From positions 76,466-140,465 of the forward strand of contig MU626293.1 of NCBI GenBank assembly GCA_025603075.1: 64,000 bases of DNA. Direction: 5' to 3'. The first letter of the stretch is position 1. Each line of letters begins with the position of its first letter. Positions 12,130 through 25,178 of the stretch are shown one piece after another. The notes beneath the pieces were generated by a model, which saw nothing but the letters and a program-made list of their open reading frames with translations, did no database searches and had not been told where the DNA came from. This DNA comes from Neoconidiobolus thromboides FSU 785 (lineage: Eukaryota > Fungi > Entomophthoromycota). Both the position numbers and the translations under genes were made by a program.

Positions 12130-13479
12130 AATAAATCCTAATTTTGTCCTACTTTTTATTAAATAATTTAAAAAATAAAAATAACGAGGATTTTAAATAC
12201 ATAGCTATTTATAATTTTACTAGGTGATATTTATTTAGAAGACTATCTCAATTATTCTGTAAATTTAATTTACCTCAAAAGCATATACTTCATAAAAACT
12301 AAAATTTATAAAAACAACAATAAAAAACGAAGGTGAATACTTTTATTTATTTGATGAAATTTCTGCCAAATATGATAATGATATCATTTGAAGAATTCTA
12401 TTTGATCAAGTGATAACAGCTGTACCTTTCTTCATCAGTTATTGCTTTAAAATTGCAAAGTTCTAGATAAAATCACGGTCTTTGTATTACTTCAGATATT
12501 AGGGCCCTACATGAATGATAATTTATGTTTCTAGATGAAACCAACCCATGCTATAATCAAACTATAGACTTTGTATTTCAGCTGTTTCTTTACTTTGTTC
12601 CACGTCTAATCTATAGTAACCGTTTTATTTTTATCAACTTTTACTTTAGTTAGCTTCTAAATTAAGCTTTATCCAATTCTAATAGCCACAGCTATATTAT
12701 AAAGTAAACATTGCTAATAATACAATATTCATGGAACACCTTATTTTTCACAAATACATTTAAGTTTTTTTATCTACAAGCTCTTATCTTTATTTTTATT
12801 TTCAATCTTAAGAATTTCTTTAAAATCTTGGGCCCTTGCGGGTGAGTGGTCTATAAAATTAAAGCAAATTTATGTAAGAGCCTGTGGGAACCTGAATAGA
12901 GCGTTAGCGTCTGAGGCGTTATTACCTAGCCTTTTTTCACTTAAACATCTTTATGGCTGATTATGCGCCATGCTATACCCAAATGTTACATTGATAAGCC
13001 AGCTATAAGTTCCAAAAATTTTATAATTTTAGATTCTCTCAATCTGTCAGCTAAGAGGTAAATTTTAACGTATAATAAAAACCGATGTCATAAATTCATA
13101 AATAGTTTAGGAAGCCTATTCAAGTAATAATAATTGGCATATTACATAGTAAATAGATTACCATTTATAGGTTGCATATAGAACATTAAAATTTTATAAA
13201 TTAAAATTTTTATGCTATTTGGGCAGTAAAGAAAAATTGTGTTGTGTTTTAATATATTTCTAGTTCTTGATTTTTTTAAAGATCGTATATTACAAATCCT
13301 TATTTAAAAGACTTTATTGGATGAAATAATAGATGAGAAGTAAAGGTAAGTATTGCCTGGGGTTAGTATAATGATTTAAGAGCAGAATTCATAAAGGAAC
13401 TTTTTAGGATGATGGGAGCCATCAATTAATATCATGATTTCAAAGCGTAGTTATACACTAAAGGAAATTCAGGACATTT

Positions 13480-13920
13480 TTAGAAGGTTTCTGATGAATA
13501 TAATTGAGGCGATGAGCTTACATTAAGATAATGTTGGATAGATGAGATATAGTTCAATTCATCATTCTCATTAATTAGCAAATCATTGATAGAAATAATA
13601 TTTCCTCTGTTCGGAATATATTCTTCTTCATCTTCTATATTAGAACTTGAAATTCCTTGTTGTTGAGTTTTTAATATACTTTTTGTTTTAGCACGACGAT
13701 TTTGAAACCAGATTTGTACAGTTCGGACATTCAAGTCCAAATGTAAGGCTATCTCATTTCTTTTTTTTGAGTTCGGTTTTGAATTTTCTTGATAGCAAGC
13801 CTCCATATATTGAATTTGCTCCATTGAGTGACGAGCTTTTCTAGTTGGATCGTACATTTTTACTTTGATGACTGGGATTTCATCCGATGAAGTAAAGTGG
13901 TTAGCAGTTTGAATAGACAT
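13480..13920 (-). CDS. Homeodomain transcription factor (146 aa, intronless)
   Basis: RTVQIWFQNRRAKTK; shares the upstream IKxKxYxPxxKxRH segment with the 10431-10952 paralog. Confidence 0.9.
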   Translation of the reverse strand: MSIQTANHFTSSDEIPVIKVKMYDPTRKARHSMEQIQYMEACYQENSKPNSKKRNEIALHLDLNVRTVQIWFQNRRAKTKSILKTQQQGISSSNIEDEEEYIPNRGNIISINDLLINENDELNYISSIQHYLNVSSSPQLYSSETF

Positions 13921-14410
13921 TGTTTTAGTATTTGATATTAGAATTTATTTTTTAATCCACTTTCTATCATTTTTCGGTCTTTTTATACTTCTTTTGCTAA
14001 ATATTGCTAATTGACCATTTTCCGGTATTTTAAAGTCTTGGCCTAATTTATAGCAAAATTAATTAATTACTTAGCTGAGTTTTTAAAATTTCGTGTTTTA
14101 TTAAAAAATAAATTAATTTATTAAAACGTCATAAAAAGTAGGGATTTAAACAATCAAATTAATATCACCAATATCTTATACTTAATTAGTTCTTTAAAGA
14201 TTATTCTGTTTGTAGTCAAAATATATTTGAAATCAAAAGCCAAGATTGATATTAATAGTAAATATGTCCAACAATATCACTTTGGTTTCTATTTTTTAAA
14301 CTTTACTATTGATTAACAACATAAAATAATAGATTAATCCACCAATTTATAGCCATCAAAAAGTAAGAGTAATAATGAGTTAGCCCCGTTAAGTTATATC
14401 CAAAACTAAC

Positions 14411-14516
14411 ATATGGGGCTGTTTTTTTTAGTTTCATTATTTTTCCATTTTTTAAGCGCTATTTATGTGGAAAAATTGTCAGTAAAATTCTTAAATACAA
14501 AAATACATCCCCATAT
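14411..14516. mobile_element. MITE-like element copy
   Basis: ATATGGGGCTGT...ACATCCCCATAT; nearly identical to the copy at 44314. Confidence 0.8.
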
Positions 14517-14760
14517 AGTCAACTTATTTATTAATTTAACCTGTTCCAAAAATATTTATAAATAAAACTTTATTAAGTTTTGTATACTTTATTTTCTAGA
14601 GAATATTCTGACTTGATTAAATCAAATATATCACTTCATAGAATCTTTTTTATTTTATAGAAACTCCATTGAGATTTTTAACCATCTTATATATAAACGA
14701 CTAAGACTTGACAAATAATTATTTTTTTTAACTTAGGTCTATGGTTTTTATATTAGCTCG

Positions 14761-15559
14761 TCTTATTAACAAACTTACCAAGTAGAAAATGGCATGATTA
14801 CCTCTAATTAAAACTACTTCTCCAGTTTACTCTCAACTACCAGAAGCTTTCACCTTAGCCGTTGCAAAAGCGGCTACAAGTTTACTCCACAATTAGATTT
14901 AAATTTATAAAGCAAAACACCATTCTTTTTAACTTAGATTATCCAGTTTGGAGCCCGTAATACACGATCTCTAACTCCTTCTAATCGTATAATAATTTAA
15001 TGTTATTTCTGTATATTTGCTCCTTTTTTCGCCTTAGAATTTACTATACTATCGTTGTTTTGCTCAGTTACTTTCAATAATAAAGTATTTGAATATTTAT
15101 TCAATGTCTTTAAGATTTAAATAAAAAGTATATGACAATTTTATAACATAATTTAATAGAGCTAAGGACATAAGAGTTTTTTTCACCAATTATTTGCAAA
15201 AGCATAAATATCAATAGCTCCAAATTTAGTCTTTTTCATTTAATATCATAAAAATGTCTTTGTCATGAACCGTTTTCAAACTTTCTAGCTTCCCAATTCA
15301 TCTCTTTTTCTTCTGTGACTTTTACTTTCAAGTTGTTATTTTTGAATTTAAACTGTCCCTTGTAATTTGCTTTCTCAGACCTATCCTCTAGAATATATAA
15401 AAATCTTACTGCTTCTCCTTTCCAAAGGGTTTGCATCCGATTTACTACCTCTTTATCTTTATACCAAATGAAAAGTAGCTTGAACCAATGACATCTTTGG
15501 ACTATTGAACTTTAAGTATTAGTTACAAAAGTTTCAAGTTCTTCTAAAGTTGGGATCAT
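14761..15559 (-). pseudogene. Possible decayed coding sequence of unknown family
   Basis: Coding-like stretches broken by stops and frameshifts: ...WYKDKEVVNRMQTLWKGEAVRFLYILEDRSEKANYKGQFKFKNNNLKVKVTEEKEMNWEARKF..., IRLEGVRDRVLRAPNWII*VKKNGVLLYKFKS, SKLVAAFATAKVKASGS*E*TGEVVLIRG. Confidence 0.3.
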
Positions 15560-15964
15560 AATCTATTTCAAGCTAACAATATTTAATCGACACTTATCAA
15601 AAGAATTCGGAACTTCTTAAAAAAGTTATTATAAAAGACTTAAGCTAACATAACTATTGGTTTATAATAAATATTGAATTTAGCTTTTCTATATTTCTAT
15701 ATCCCTATAATAAAACATTAATAACTCCATTTTATTCCAATGTTCCAGAATTTTTTTAAAAAGGTGCTATAAAATTTTAAGAGCTTATAAATTTTGCCAA
15801 GTAAATATTAAAGCATTTAGATTTTATGAGAATATTGTAAATCTAACTTTTTTGAATGGGGAATTATTAAAAGTACAAAAAGAGTAATAACAGGATGAGA
15901 TACTAAAAATTAACATCTCAAGTTTATAAAATTTAATACTAACTTTACCATATCTACCCAAATA

Positions 15965-16191
15965 ATGCCTTGGTTTATATCAAACATAAAAACAAAGCCT
16001 TATAATCCATCTAAGAAAACCCGCCATTCAATAAAACGGATTCAATGTATAGAAGCTTGTTTCAACAAAACCCAAGGCCAAATTCCCAAAAAAGGAAAGG
16101 AATAGCTTCTTATTTAAACTTACCTCTCTGTGCTGTTCAAATTTGGTTTCAAAATCGTCGCGCTAAATCAAAGTCAGAACTAAAATCTTAA
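15965..16191 (+). pseudogene. Frameshifted, truncated homeobox paralog
   Basis: MPWFISNIKTKPYNPSKKTRHSIKRIQCIEACF, then a 1-nt frameshift near 16060, then QQNPRPNSQKRKGIASYLNLPLCAVQIWFQNRRAKSKSELKS*. Clearly homologous to 13480-13920. A sequencing indel cannot be excluded. Confidence 0.8.
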
Positions 16192-16716
16192 CAATTATTA
16201 AGTTATAGCTCTAGTTTAGAAGAGGAAGAAAAAAAAAGAGAAGTTTGTCCTTAACTGCAGTGATAATATTTCAATTAATATATTAAGTGATGAAAAATTA
16301 GTTCAATATCCCCTTAATATAACCTCAATATCTAGTTCATATTCAGTGGATGCATATTAATAGAGCCGACTTTTCTTCATTTACTACTTTACTTCACTAA
16401 ATATCATAATTAAGTTTTCATTATTTCTTTTTTCTTAGACTCAAAAAGGCTATAACTAAAAAACCACAAACAAAAAAATAAGAATATATTAATATATTAA
16501 TTCCCTTTTTTTAAAATAAAAGTTCATTTTTGAATTAAAAAGCTATTCTTTATTTTAAAATAAACACCTTCTTTTGTTAAAAACTTGGAAACTAGTACGA
16601 AAATTCAATCTCTTTCCACACTAATACCTACCATCACCTTCAGCCTTAACATTTATTCTAAAACTATTGTTTACTATACCGTTTTTTATTGCAAAATACC
16701 CTTTATCACTCCCCCT

Positions 16717-19700
16717 TTAAACCTTATCAAATGCGCCTTCTGTTGGTGTAAAATATTCAGAAGATACATCGTCTTCTGAAGGAGTAATTGAGGGTAACTT
16801 TAAACTCAATGGAATTGGTGAAAGTAATGTTGATTTTTGAATCTCTTTTCCAATCTTTCCTTTAAATCCCATGATACCAACTCCTAATCGATCTGTCAAC
16901 TTAGCTAATAGATCTTGAACTTCTTCCGACACCCCTATTGTCCCATCATTTTTTGCTTTTTCCATAAACTTACTCACTACTATTCTTCGAATCGCATTTT
17001 CAATTCTTATTATCAAGGATTCTAATAAATAAATTAACTCTTGTTCACTGGCTTCTTCTTTAATAGAAAATGTAAAAAACCCATATAATGAATCAATTCT
17101 TGATTTCTTTTTACTTAATACTTGATCACTCGCTAATCGTTCGATTCGCATACATAAATAACCTACCAACTTAACTAAATTACTATCAATTGTTTTGTTA
17201 TTCTCAGAGATATTCAATGGGATTTCTTCTTTTGGTGACATGGCAGACAAATAAAACTCATGTCTTCCAATTAATGATTTGGGATAAATCTAATTTAAAA
17301 TAAACAACTATTAATTACTTTTATCAACCCTATCAAGCAATATTTCAACTTACCATCGATAATACCTCTGGATTTTCTAACCCCGTTAATTTCATTTCCC
17401 CTAAATTAAACATTTGGTACCCAATTTTACGTAACATTCGAACATCCCTAGGTATATTAACTGCCAATTGATTTTCATTACATTCCATAGGAAATTGTAA
17501 ATCCATCAATTCAATCTCTTTGACTACATCTGCCGATACACAAATCTGACCCCCATCTGCTGCTGTACAAATAGAATCCGATCTTTTTACCATGTAACCT
17601 AAATAATCCATACGATGAGTTACTGGATCGGGTTCACAAACTGGGGTACCAAAATGAATTCCCATTCTAACCGATAATCCACGATAAATTAGCTCTTTTG
17701 GACCATTGGGACGATACACTTCTTGACATTCTGAAGAATCTAATATTTCTTGTGGCCAATCTAAATCTAATAGATGAACTTGCATGGTCAAACACCATAA
17801 TAAGGCAGATGCTACCGTTGGAAAAGCGGCTCTAAAAGCATCCCCTTCCGTTTTAACTTCATAACCACCTAAGCTAATTAGCCATCGACGCATCGATAAA
17901 TTATGAGATTTAACAGCAAATCTCATAGCGGTTGGAAAAGTTTCCCATAAAAATGTAGAATTTTTAATATCCGTAAATACTAAAGCTACTTTTCCTGTAG
18001 GTGCTTCATCATTTTTACTACCTAATCGTGCTAATTTTGAACTACCTGGCCCCTGTTGTCGCCATCGATTACGTCGATAAGAAATGGCCAAATTACTATC
18101 ATCTATATTTCGTGATATGTTATTATTACTAATTTCCATACTAGTATCTCGAAATGCAAATAAATCATTAACACCAATAATCATTACTGAAACGGAATCT
18201 TTACTACCATATGTAATAGCAAAATCTCTCACTTTTTGAGCTGCTACCATTAAGTTATCCGATTCCATACGAGCTACATCAACAGCTGTTTGATATGTCA
18301 TTTTATCCCATAAGGATCTTGTAGCTAATATGATAAATTCATCATTTTCAGTTAATTCAATTTTTTCAATTGATGGATTAGCATTAACCAAAGGTGCTAA
18401 ATGAAAATGTCCAAATCCTCGAGATATTTCTAATTCTCCATTTAATAACCCTTGTGATGAAATAAACCCTTTGTTATTTCGAATTCGACTAATTTCTTCA
18501 ATACTCCAAGGAGTATGTCTTTTTGATAACAAATTATATTTTCCTGCATTACCACACAATACAGCTACTGTATCTCCAACATTAGCTACATATAATGTGG
18601 ATCCTGTGATGTAAGCTACAACCCCAGATGCTCCTAAATTACCATTTTCATCCATGGTAGTTGAACCTAATTCTTTATTTAAATTTAAAAAAGTTCTTCT
18701 TAAAGCATCTTTAACATTTCCACCTTCTTCTTTATTTTGTTTTTTTAATTCATCATCTAAATAAGCTTCTAAATGATCATTTAAAAATTTAGCTACTCTT
18801 GAACCTGAACCAGATCTGGATGTATGTCCATCAAATAAAGCAAATAAAGATACCTCATCTCTACCTTTAAACTGTCTTATACTTTTATCCCATGTCCATA
18901 TTTTGTCCCACATATTTGAAGTATCTGAAGAATCAATAACATTTAATTTATCAGCAATACCATAACTAATTCTTCCTAATTGAGAAGGATCTGTTCTGAC
19001 CCTTCTATCTGATGTTTCATTAGGTGCATCCACCATTAAAGTAACATCCATTAAACCCAATGCCCTTAATTGATTTAAATTATTAAAATCAGGTAAATTA
19101 AGGTGAGAAAAAGTCGAGTTTTCAGATAAATTATGTTTAATTTCTAACCTCTTATTACCAGATAAATTTAAATATCTCAAACCTGTATTCCAGTTCCAAT
19201 TCCAATCATAAGGAAAATTACATATATTATATTTTAAAGCATTATTACCAACATCCAATGTAAATAAACCCCCTAATTTTCCTAATTCTGCAGGTAATGT
19301 TTGTAATCGATTACTATTTAAATATAATCCTCTTAATCCTCTTAATCTTTCTAAATCTTCTGCAGGTAATGTTGATAACTGATTTCCAGATAAATAAAGA
19401 TCTGTTAAATTTGATAAATTTATTAAAGATCCTGATGGTATTTCATCTAGAATATTATAACTTAAATTCAATACTTTTAATTCTGTAAAAAACGAAATTG
19501 AAGTAAATACATCATCTGTCAATCGATTATCTCCTAAAAATAACTCTCTTAATGATAATGATAATGGTGGATGGATTAATTCATCTGAATTTGTTGATGC
19601 TGTTCTATTTAAATTATTATTATTATTATTAGGTTGTATTAATGGTCTTGGGAATTCTTTTAATAAATTTGAACTAGCATTAAATATTGTTAATGAGCCT

Positions 19701-21949
19701 AATAGCCAAATTTCTGAAGGTAATGAACTAATATTATTATCATGTAAATCTAGAAATTTCAAACTATTTAATGAAGAAATATTAGCAATAATTGAACTTA
19801 ATTCGTTATTAGAACAATTTAAACTTTGTAATTTAGTTAAATTACCAATAGATGGTGGTAATAATACTAATCGATTATTGTCTAAATTCAGTTCTTCTAA
19901 ATTGGGTACAAAATTAAACAAATCATCCGGTAAACTAACTAGTTTTGAAAATGATAAATTCAAACACGTTAATGTTAATAATGGATTAGCTGGTTGAATT
20001 ATTTTTGTAATTGAATTTTTAGAAATAATTAATCGATACAAAGATTGAAAATTCAGTTGTAATGTCGATATAAAATTATAATCACATAATAATAATTCCA
20101 AATTTGGCAAACTACTTAACGAATCTAAATTATTTAATTGATTTTTTCTTAAATCTAACTCCCTTAATTTAGATAGTTGACTTATTGATTCTGGTAAACT
20201 ACCAACAATTCGGTTGGATATTAACAATAATTCTTGTAAATTAACCAATTGATTAATAGTGGAGGGTATAACTTTAATTTCATTGAACGAAATATCCAAA
20301 TGAATTAAATTAATTAAATTAGTAATAACAGATGGAAATAATGAAAATCGGTTATTAGATAAATTCAACTTCTTTAAATTAACTAATTTCGAAAATTGGG
20401 AGGGCAAAATTTCAATTCGATTATTGCCTAATAATAATGAATTTAAACTTTTTAAAGATTCTAATTTGGAATAATGAATAGATTTAATTCTATTACTAGA
20501 AAGATCCAAAAAAGTTAATGTTGTTATTGCTTTAATACATTCTGGTACGTTTTGTAATTCACATCTTGATAATTTCAACTCTTTTAAAGCTGAACAATTA
20601 GCAAAAAACTCAAAAGTTAAATCAATCACTAAATTTTGACTTAAATTTAAACTATGGACTTGATTCGCATGTCTCATTAAATTTTGGGGGATTTTTCGTA
20701 AATTTTTGGCTCTTAAATCGACATGCTGATAATTAGGTATTTCTTGATTCTAAATTAAATAATAAAAATAAATATTACAATATATTATTAAATTACTATT
20801 ATTATTATTAACTAAACTTACATCATCCATACAACAATTTCTACTATAATCAAAGATAAATTTAAAATAATAAGAATTATCTTCTCTACCAATGTTACGT
20901 AAATCATCCCTTGAAGTATAACCAATTTTTTCTAACATTCTTTTTAATATAACTAATGGTCTTTCATCACTTGTAAGTTCCCTTTCTAAAATTCGTCTTA
21001 TTAATAAAATAAACCACCATTGCATTATATTATATTATATTATCATAAAAAACAACTCATATCTCAAATTTTATAAAAAAAATTATTAATTCAAACTATC
21101 AACTTACCAATATTATGCTTCCTTAGATACAATGCATATGGTGATACATCATTTACAAAAAACTTTTTCGCTAATGGAATCAACAGTTCACTCGCTTTAG
21201 TTCTCAAAGAACAATAAACCGTTGCATACGTATGATCTGGTTTAAACACCCTAATTCTATACTGAAATCGATCATCTCCTTCTTCTTCATATAATGTATC
21301 TTCTGTTATCCATCCACGATCATTTTCAAATTGAGATACTTCGGGTATAGAGGTAATATCATCAGCTATTAAAGCGGAAGTTGTTGGGGATACTACTACC
21401 CCATTGCGTTTTAGACTGTTTAAGGATTCTGAGCTTGGTTTACGTTTATTATTGTTATTGTTGTTAATCGTGTCTATTGTCAGCATATCTGGAGGTACTA
21501 CATCGTCTAAAGAAATTAATGCAATAAATAAAATAAAATAGATAAATTTAAATCAACTTACCACTCTCCACTTTAGCAATCTATATTATTTTAAAAAAAA
21601 CCGACATTTAATTTTTTTTAAAATATTTAAAAAAAAAGCTTACCAACGCTTCAATTTCTTTTGCATCCATTTGAGAGTTTAATAATTTTGAAAACTCAGT
21701 ATCAGAACCTCGTCTTCTTACACGTTGTAATAAAGTACTTCGATCTTCTTTAGATAATTCAGTGTCTGAGCATGAACTTAATCGCTTCTTTTTGCTACTA
21801 GTTTTTGTAGAGGGCGGCTCTTCTATTTATTTATAAATGGAATTCAAGTATTAATTATGTTGATTTAGAAGTAAGACAAGAGAGGGGATGAAACAATACT
21901 TACCTATAATTTTATCTTTGTTCTTTCGTCTTGGGAATGGGAATTTCAT
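16717..21949 (-). CDS. CYR1: Fungal-type adenylate cyclase (G-alpha-binding/RA, LRR, PP2C-like, class III cyclase), about 7 exons; catalytic N/R substituted
   Basis: Exons run from MKFPFPRRKNKDK (21949) through YRIRVFKPDHTYATV, ERPLVILKRMLEKIGY, many LRRs, FALFDGH (PP2C-like), VFTDIKNST, YEVKTEGDAF, SVRMGIH and RMDYLG. The last exon ends at 16717. ORFs 21091, 20750, 17345 and 16717 are parts of this gene. Confidence 0.93.
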
Positions 21950-22966
21950 TTTTGTTTCTCTCTAACTTTTTTCAATTGATAAACTTTGCTGTCTTGATTT
22001 TGGGTCGTTAAAATAAATAAAAATTTTCTTTTAAATAAAATATAAAAAATTAGTTGAGTTAAAATTAATGAAGAAAAATCAATTCTGTCATAATTTTAGT
22101 GTTACAAACAAACTACAAGTTGAGCCATTATAATAATGAGAATGATTGGTTGAATATAATTGCATTTAAGCCAATTATATAAAATTTAGACGGGTTTATT
22201 GTTATGGACTGAATCTTCACTAAATTTTCGTTATGTAAAGCTTGATGATTATATGTTATAGAGATACAAAAGTAATTTCAAAGATAAACGAGGGCGATGA
22301 GATGAATAAAATTTTAAGTTGAGTAAAAGGTTTAATCAATTTTTATTTAGAAAGCAGTTCGATCGTCTATTTTTAGTGGATGAAATTGGATAGTAATCAT
22401 TTTAGGAAAATGTCAGTGGCGTCTATTCAATTCAAATCAATAAAGAATTGAGTGAAGATTGAAGGTAGTAGTTATAGACAAAGCGGTTCAAGCGGTTCAA
22501 GCTATCATTAGACTAATGGGTAATGGCAATATAAAAAATATATATAAATAGAATAATTCACTGTAAGAAAACAATGTTAGGCTATCCATTGTTTTATAAA
22601 ATTGATAGAGAAAAAAAAGCTGTGTCCATAGTGTGAGAATGATGACATTGAAACACATTGCTTTTTATATAAACAGAAGGGATTGAAATGTGTTTTATTA
22701 TTTTTTATTACTTTTAATCTACAATTGAGCGGTAATGTCATGAATGCTTTGTAGTCTTGATGTATTTTTTAAACTTTTTGAATATATTAATTGATTCTAT
22801 TAATAACAAAATTATAAAGTTTAATACTTTAAACTTTGATTAAAGTAAAAGAAAGAGTCTTATAGGTAAGAAATCAGATTCGATTGATAATCTTAATAAA
22901 AAATTAAAATTGTATATTTTATTTTATCACATTTTTCTAGTATAATCAACATTTAATTTTACTTTA

Positions 22967-23954
22967 TTATTGCCACGTAAATGGAGCTTTATAATCATAG
23001 CCGTTGAAATTTTGGATTTGGTTTAATAGTTCATTATAATCTTCGGAAGTTGTAATTAATTTTCGACTACCTTCACTGATAAAACCCTCTATTTTTAGAA
23101 AATTAGTAAACATTTAAGCTTCAATTTGTAATCCTTATTAATTTACCTTTTAATCCATGCTCTAACAAACTATCAAAAATACTATAGAAATTATTAGTGT
23201 TAATTAAGCCCAAATACTTGTTATGGATGGATAATTGATTCCTAAAATGATAATAATAAACAATAAAGAAATAAAGTAATTAGAAACTAATATTTACCAA
23301 GTAGCCATTTCCATAATTTCTTCAAAGGTCCCTAATCCACCTGGAAGCGCTAGAAATGCAAATGACTGATATGATACAAGTTAACTCATATCTCTTCAAA
23401 ACAAAAAAACACTTACCAGTCTAGCCATTAATTTTTTCCTTTGATGCATATCTTTGACTAAGATATTTTTATAGGCAAAGTCCACTTTACAAAACTCTCT
23501 AAACCCCCAAGGATAAATACTAATTACTTTACCTCCTTCAGAAGCAACCGACTTAGCTACAGCTCCCATTAAACCTCCATTACCACCACCTTTGAAGGGA
23601 GATATTAGTTTTTTTTAATGTAATATTTTATTTAATATACCATAAACTAAACCATAGCCTCGTTTTACCAACTCTTTACCTAAAGCTGTTTACGGAGAGG
23701 GGGAATTTGTATTAGTATTTAATTAGTAATTGAAGTTTATTCTTACCAATAGCTACTCTTTCGTATTCTGGATCATTTCCCAAACCGGAGCCGCAAAATA
23801 CACAAATAAAGTGTTGATTTAAAGATTGGACTTCTTGAACTATATGCTCTTGTTCCTCTTCCAAGGTTAAGTTTTCTAATTGTTTATTACTGGACATTCT
23901 ATTAGTTTTGTTTTTGTTTGAAGATAATTTTTTTAATTTTGATTTTGATTCCAT
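22967..23954 (-). CDS. LOG-family nucleotide phosphoribohydrolase (lysine-decarboxylase-like), about 6 exons
   Basis: ICVFCGS, LVYGGGNGGLMGAVA, MHQRKKLM and the signature LPGGLGTFEE (PGGxGTxE) across spliced exons; ends YKAPFTWQ*. Confidence 0.88.
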
Positions 23955-24179
23955 TTACCCTGTTTTTTATGCTTCACAATTTAAAACTCCATTTTGGATG
24001 ACTCAATGTTATTCCAATTAGAATAATTTATACGTTATTATAATAAGAATATAAATAAATAAAGTTAATGTAATTAATTTGGTTTTATCTTTAAATTAAT
24101 ATAACTTTAAACAAGTAAAAAAATAATACTATTTTATAAAACTGTTGGCTTTATATTTCTACCATTTTTATTACTTTTT

Positions 24180-24285
24180 ATACGGGGGTGTTTTTTGGGT
24201 TCATTACTTTTTTCTATCTTTTAAGCACTATTTGAGCGGAAAAATTGTTAGTAAAACCGTTAAACACAAAAATACATCCTTATAT
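24180..24285. mobile_element. MITE-like element copy
   Basis: ATACGGGGGTGT...ACATCCTTATAT with the family core gcactatttgagcggaaaaaattgttagtaaaa. Confidence 0.75.
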
Positions 24286-25178
24286 TGTCTTTTTAGCTGA
24301 TTGAAATCTATTTCAATAAACTTGAGCAAATTCATAAGTTCTAATTTATCTTTAAACTTTAAATTACTGAAATAGTTAACTTTACTTATAGAATAACGAA
24401 ACAAAGTAAATGGGGTTGTATAGCATACTTTACTCCCAGCAGCTTTATTTTTATAGTAAAGTCTAGGCTTAATAGCCATTATTTAGTATCAGAAATCAGA
24501 CCAAAAGAACTCATAATCGATCATATAGAAATCGATAGAATATAATACTGAATAAATATATTTCAGTTTGTGTTAATAAACTATTAAAATATAAATTATT
24601 TTAATTTCCAACTAAAATTATTATTGACTAAACTTTAATTTTATCCCTGACTTTATGGGTAAAGATCGGATTTTACTATTATCCATTGAGCTTTTTTAAT
24701 GCAAGTATTTTAAAGTTTAAACCTCGATAAGGAAACTAGTAGATATTAAAGTCGTATAATGATACTCATTCAATAAAATATTATATTTAATATAATAAAT
24801 ATAATAAATATAATAAATTACGCTAAATGACTAAATTTTACTAATTAATTTTATTGATTTTTAATTTTATATTTTCCCATCATCAGCTGATTCACTAAAA
24901 AGGTTGGTCCTAATTTAAAATTTAGCCAATAAAATCGCATACCCGATCTATAACAAGTGAAAAAATAATACTCACATAATATGATTGGTTGATTTTTATC
25001 CCCAAAATACAAAAACTACAAGTAAATTTATATTTGATTAAAAATAGACTAATATCGTTTTGTGTAACTTGATAGTCGATTGATATAAATATTGCTACTA
25101 TGGACTTCAGTTTTCTTTTTTATTCTTAATTCTATAATCAAAAAGATAACAACAACATACATATAAAATATAGTAAAG

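Noticed and set aside
10431-16191. Homeobox cluster as a mating-type locus
   Set aside because: There is no divergent HD1/HD2 pair, no atypical HD1-type domain, and no HMG gene or recognised MAT flanking genes. The copies look like paralogs of one class.
24228-24479. Short track ORFs at 24228-24479, 28581-28841, 44362-44550 and 53500-53691 that share peptides such as LSGKII..ILKHKN..Y.DVFL
   Set aside because: The similarity comes from reading through MITE copies; they are not a protein family.
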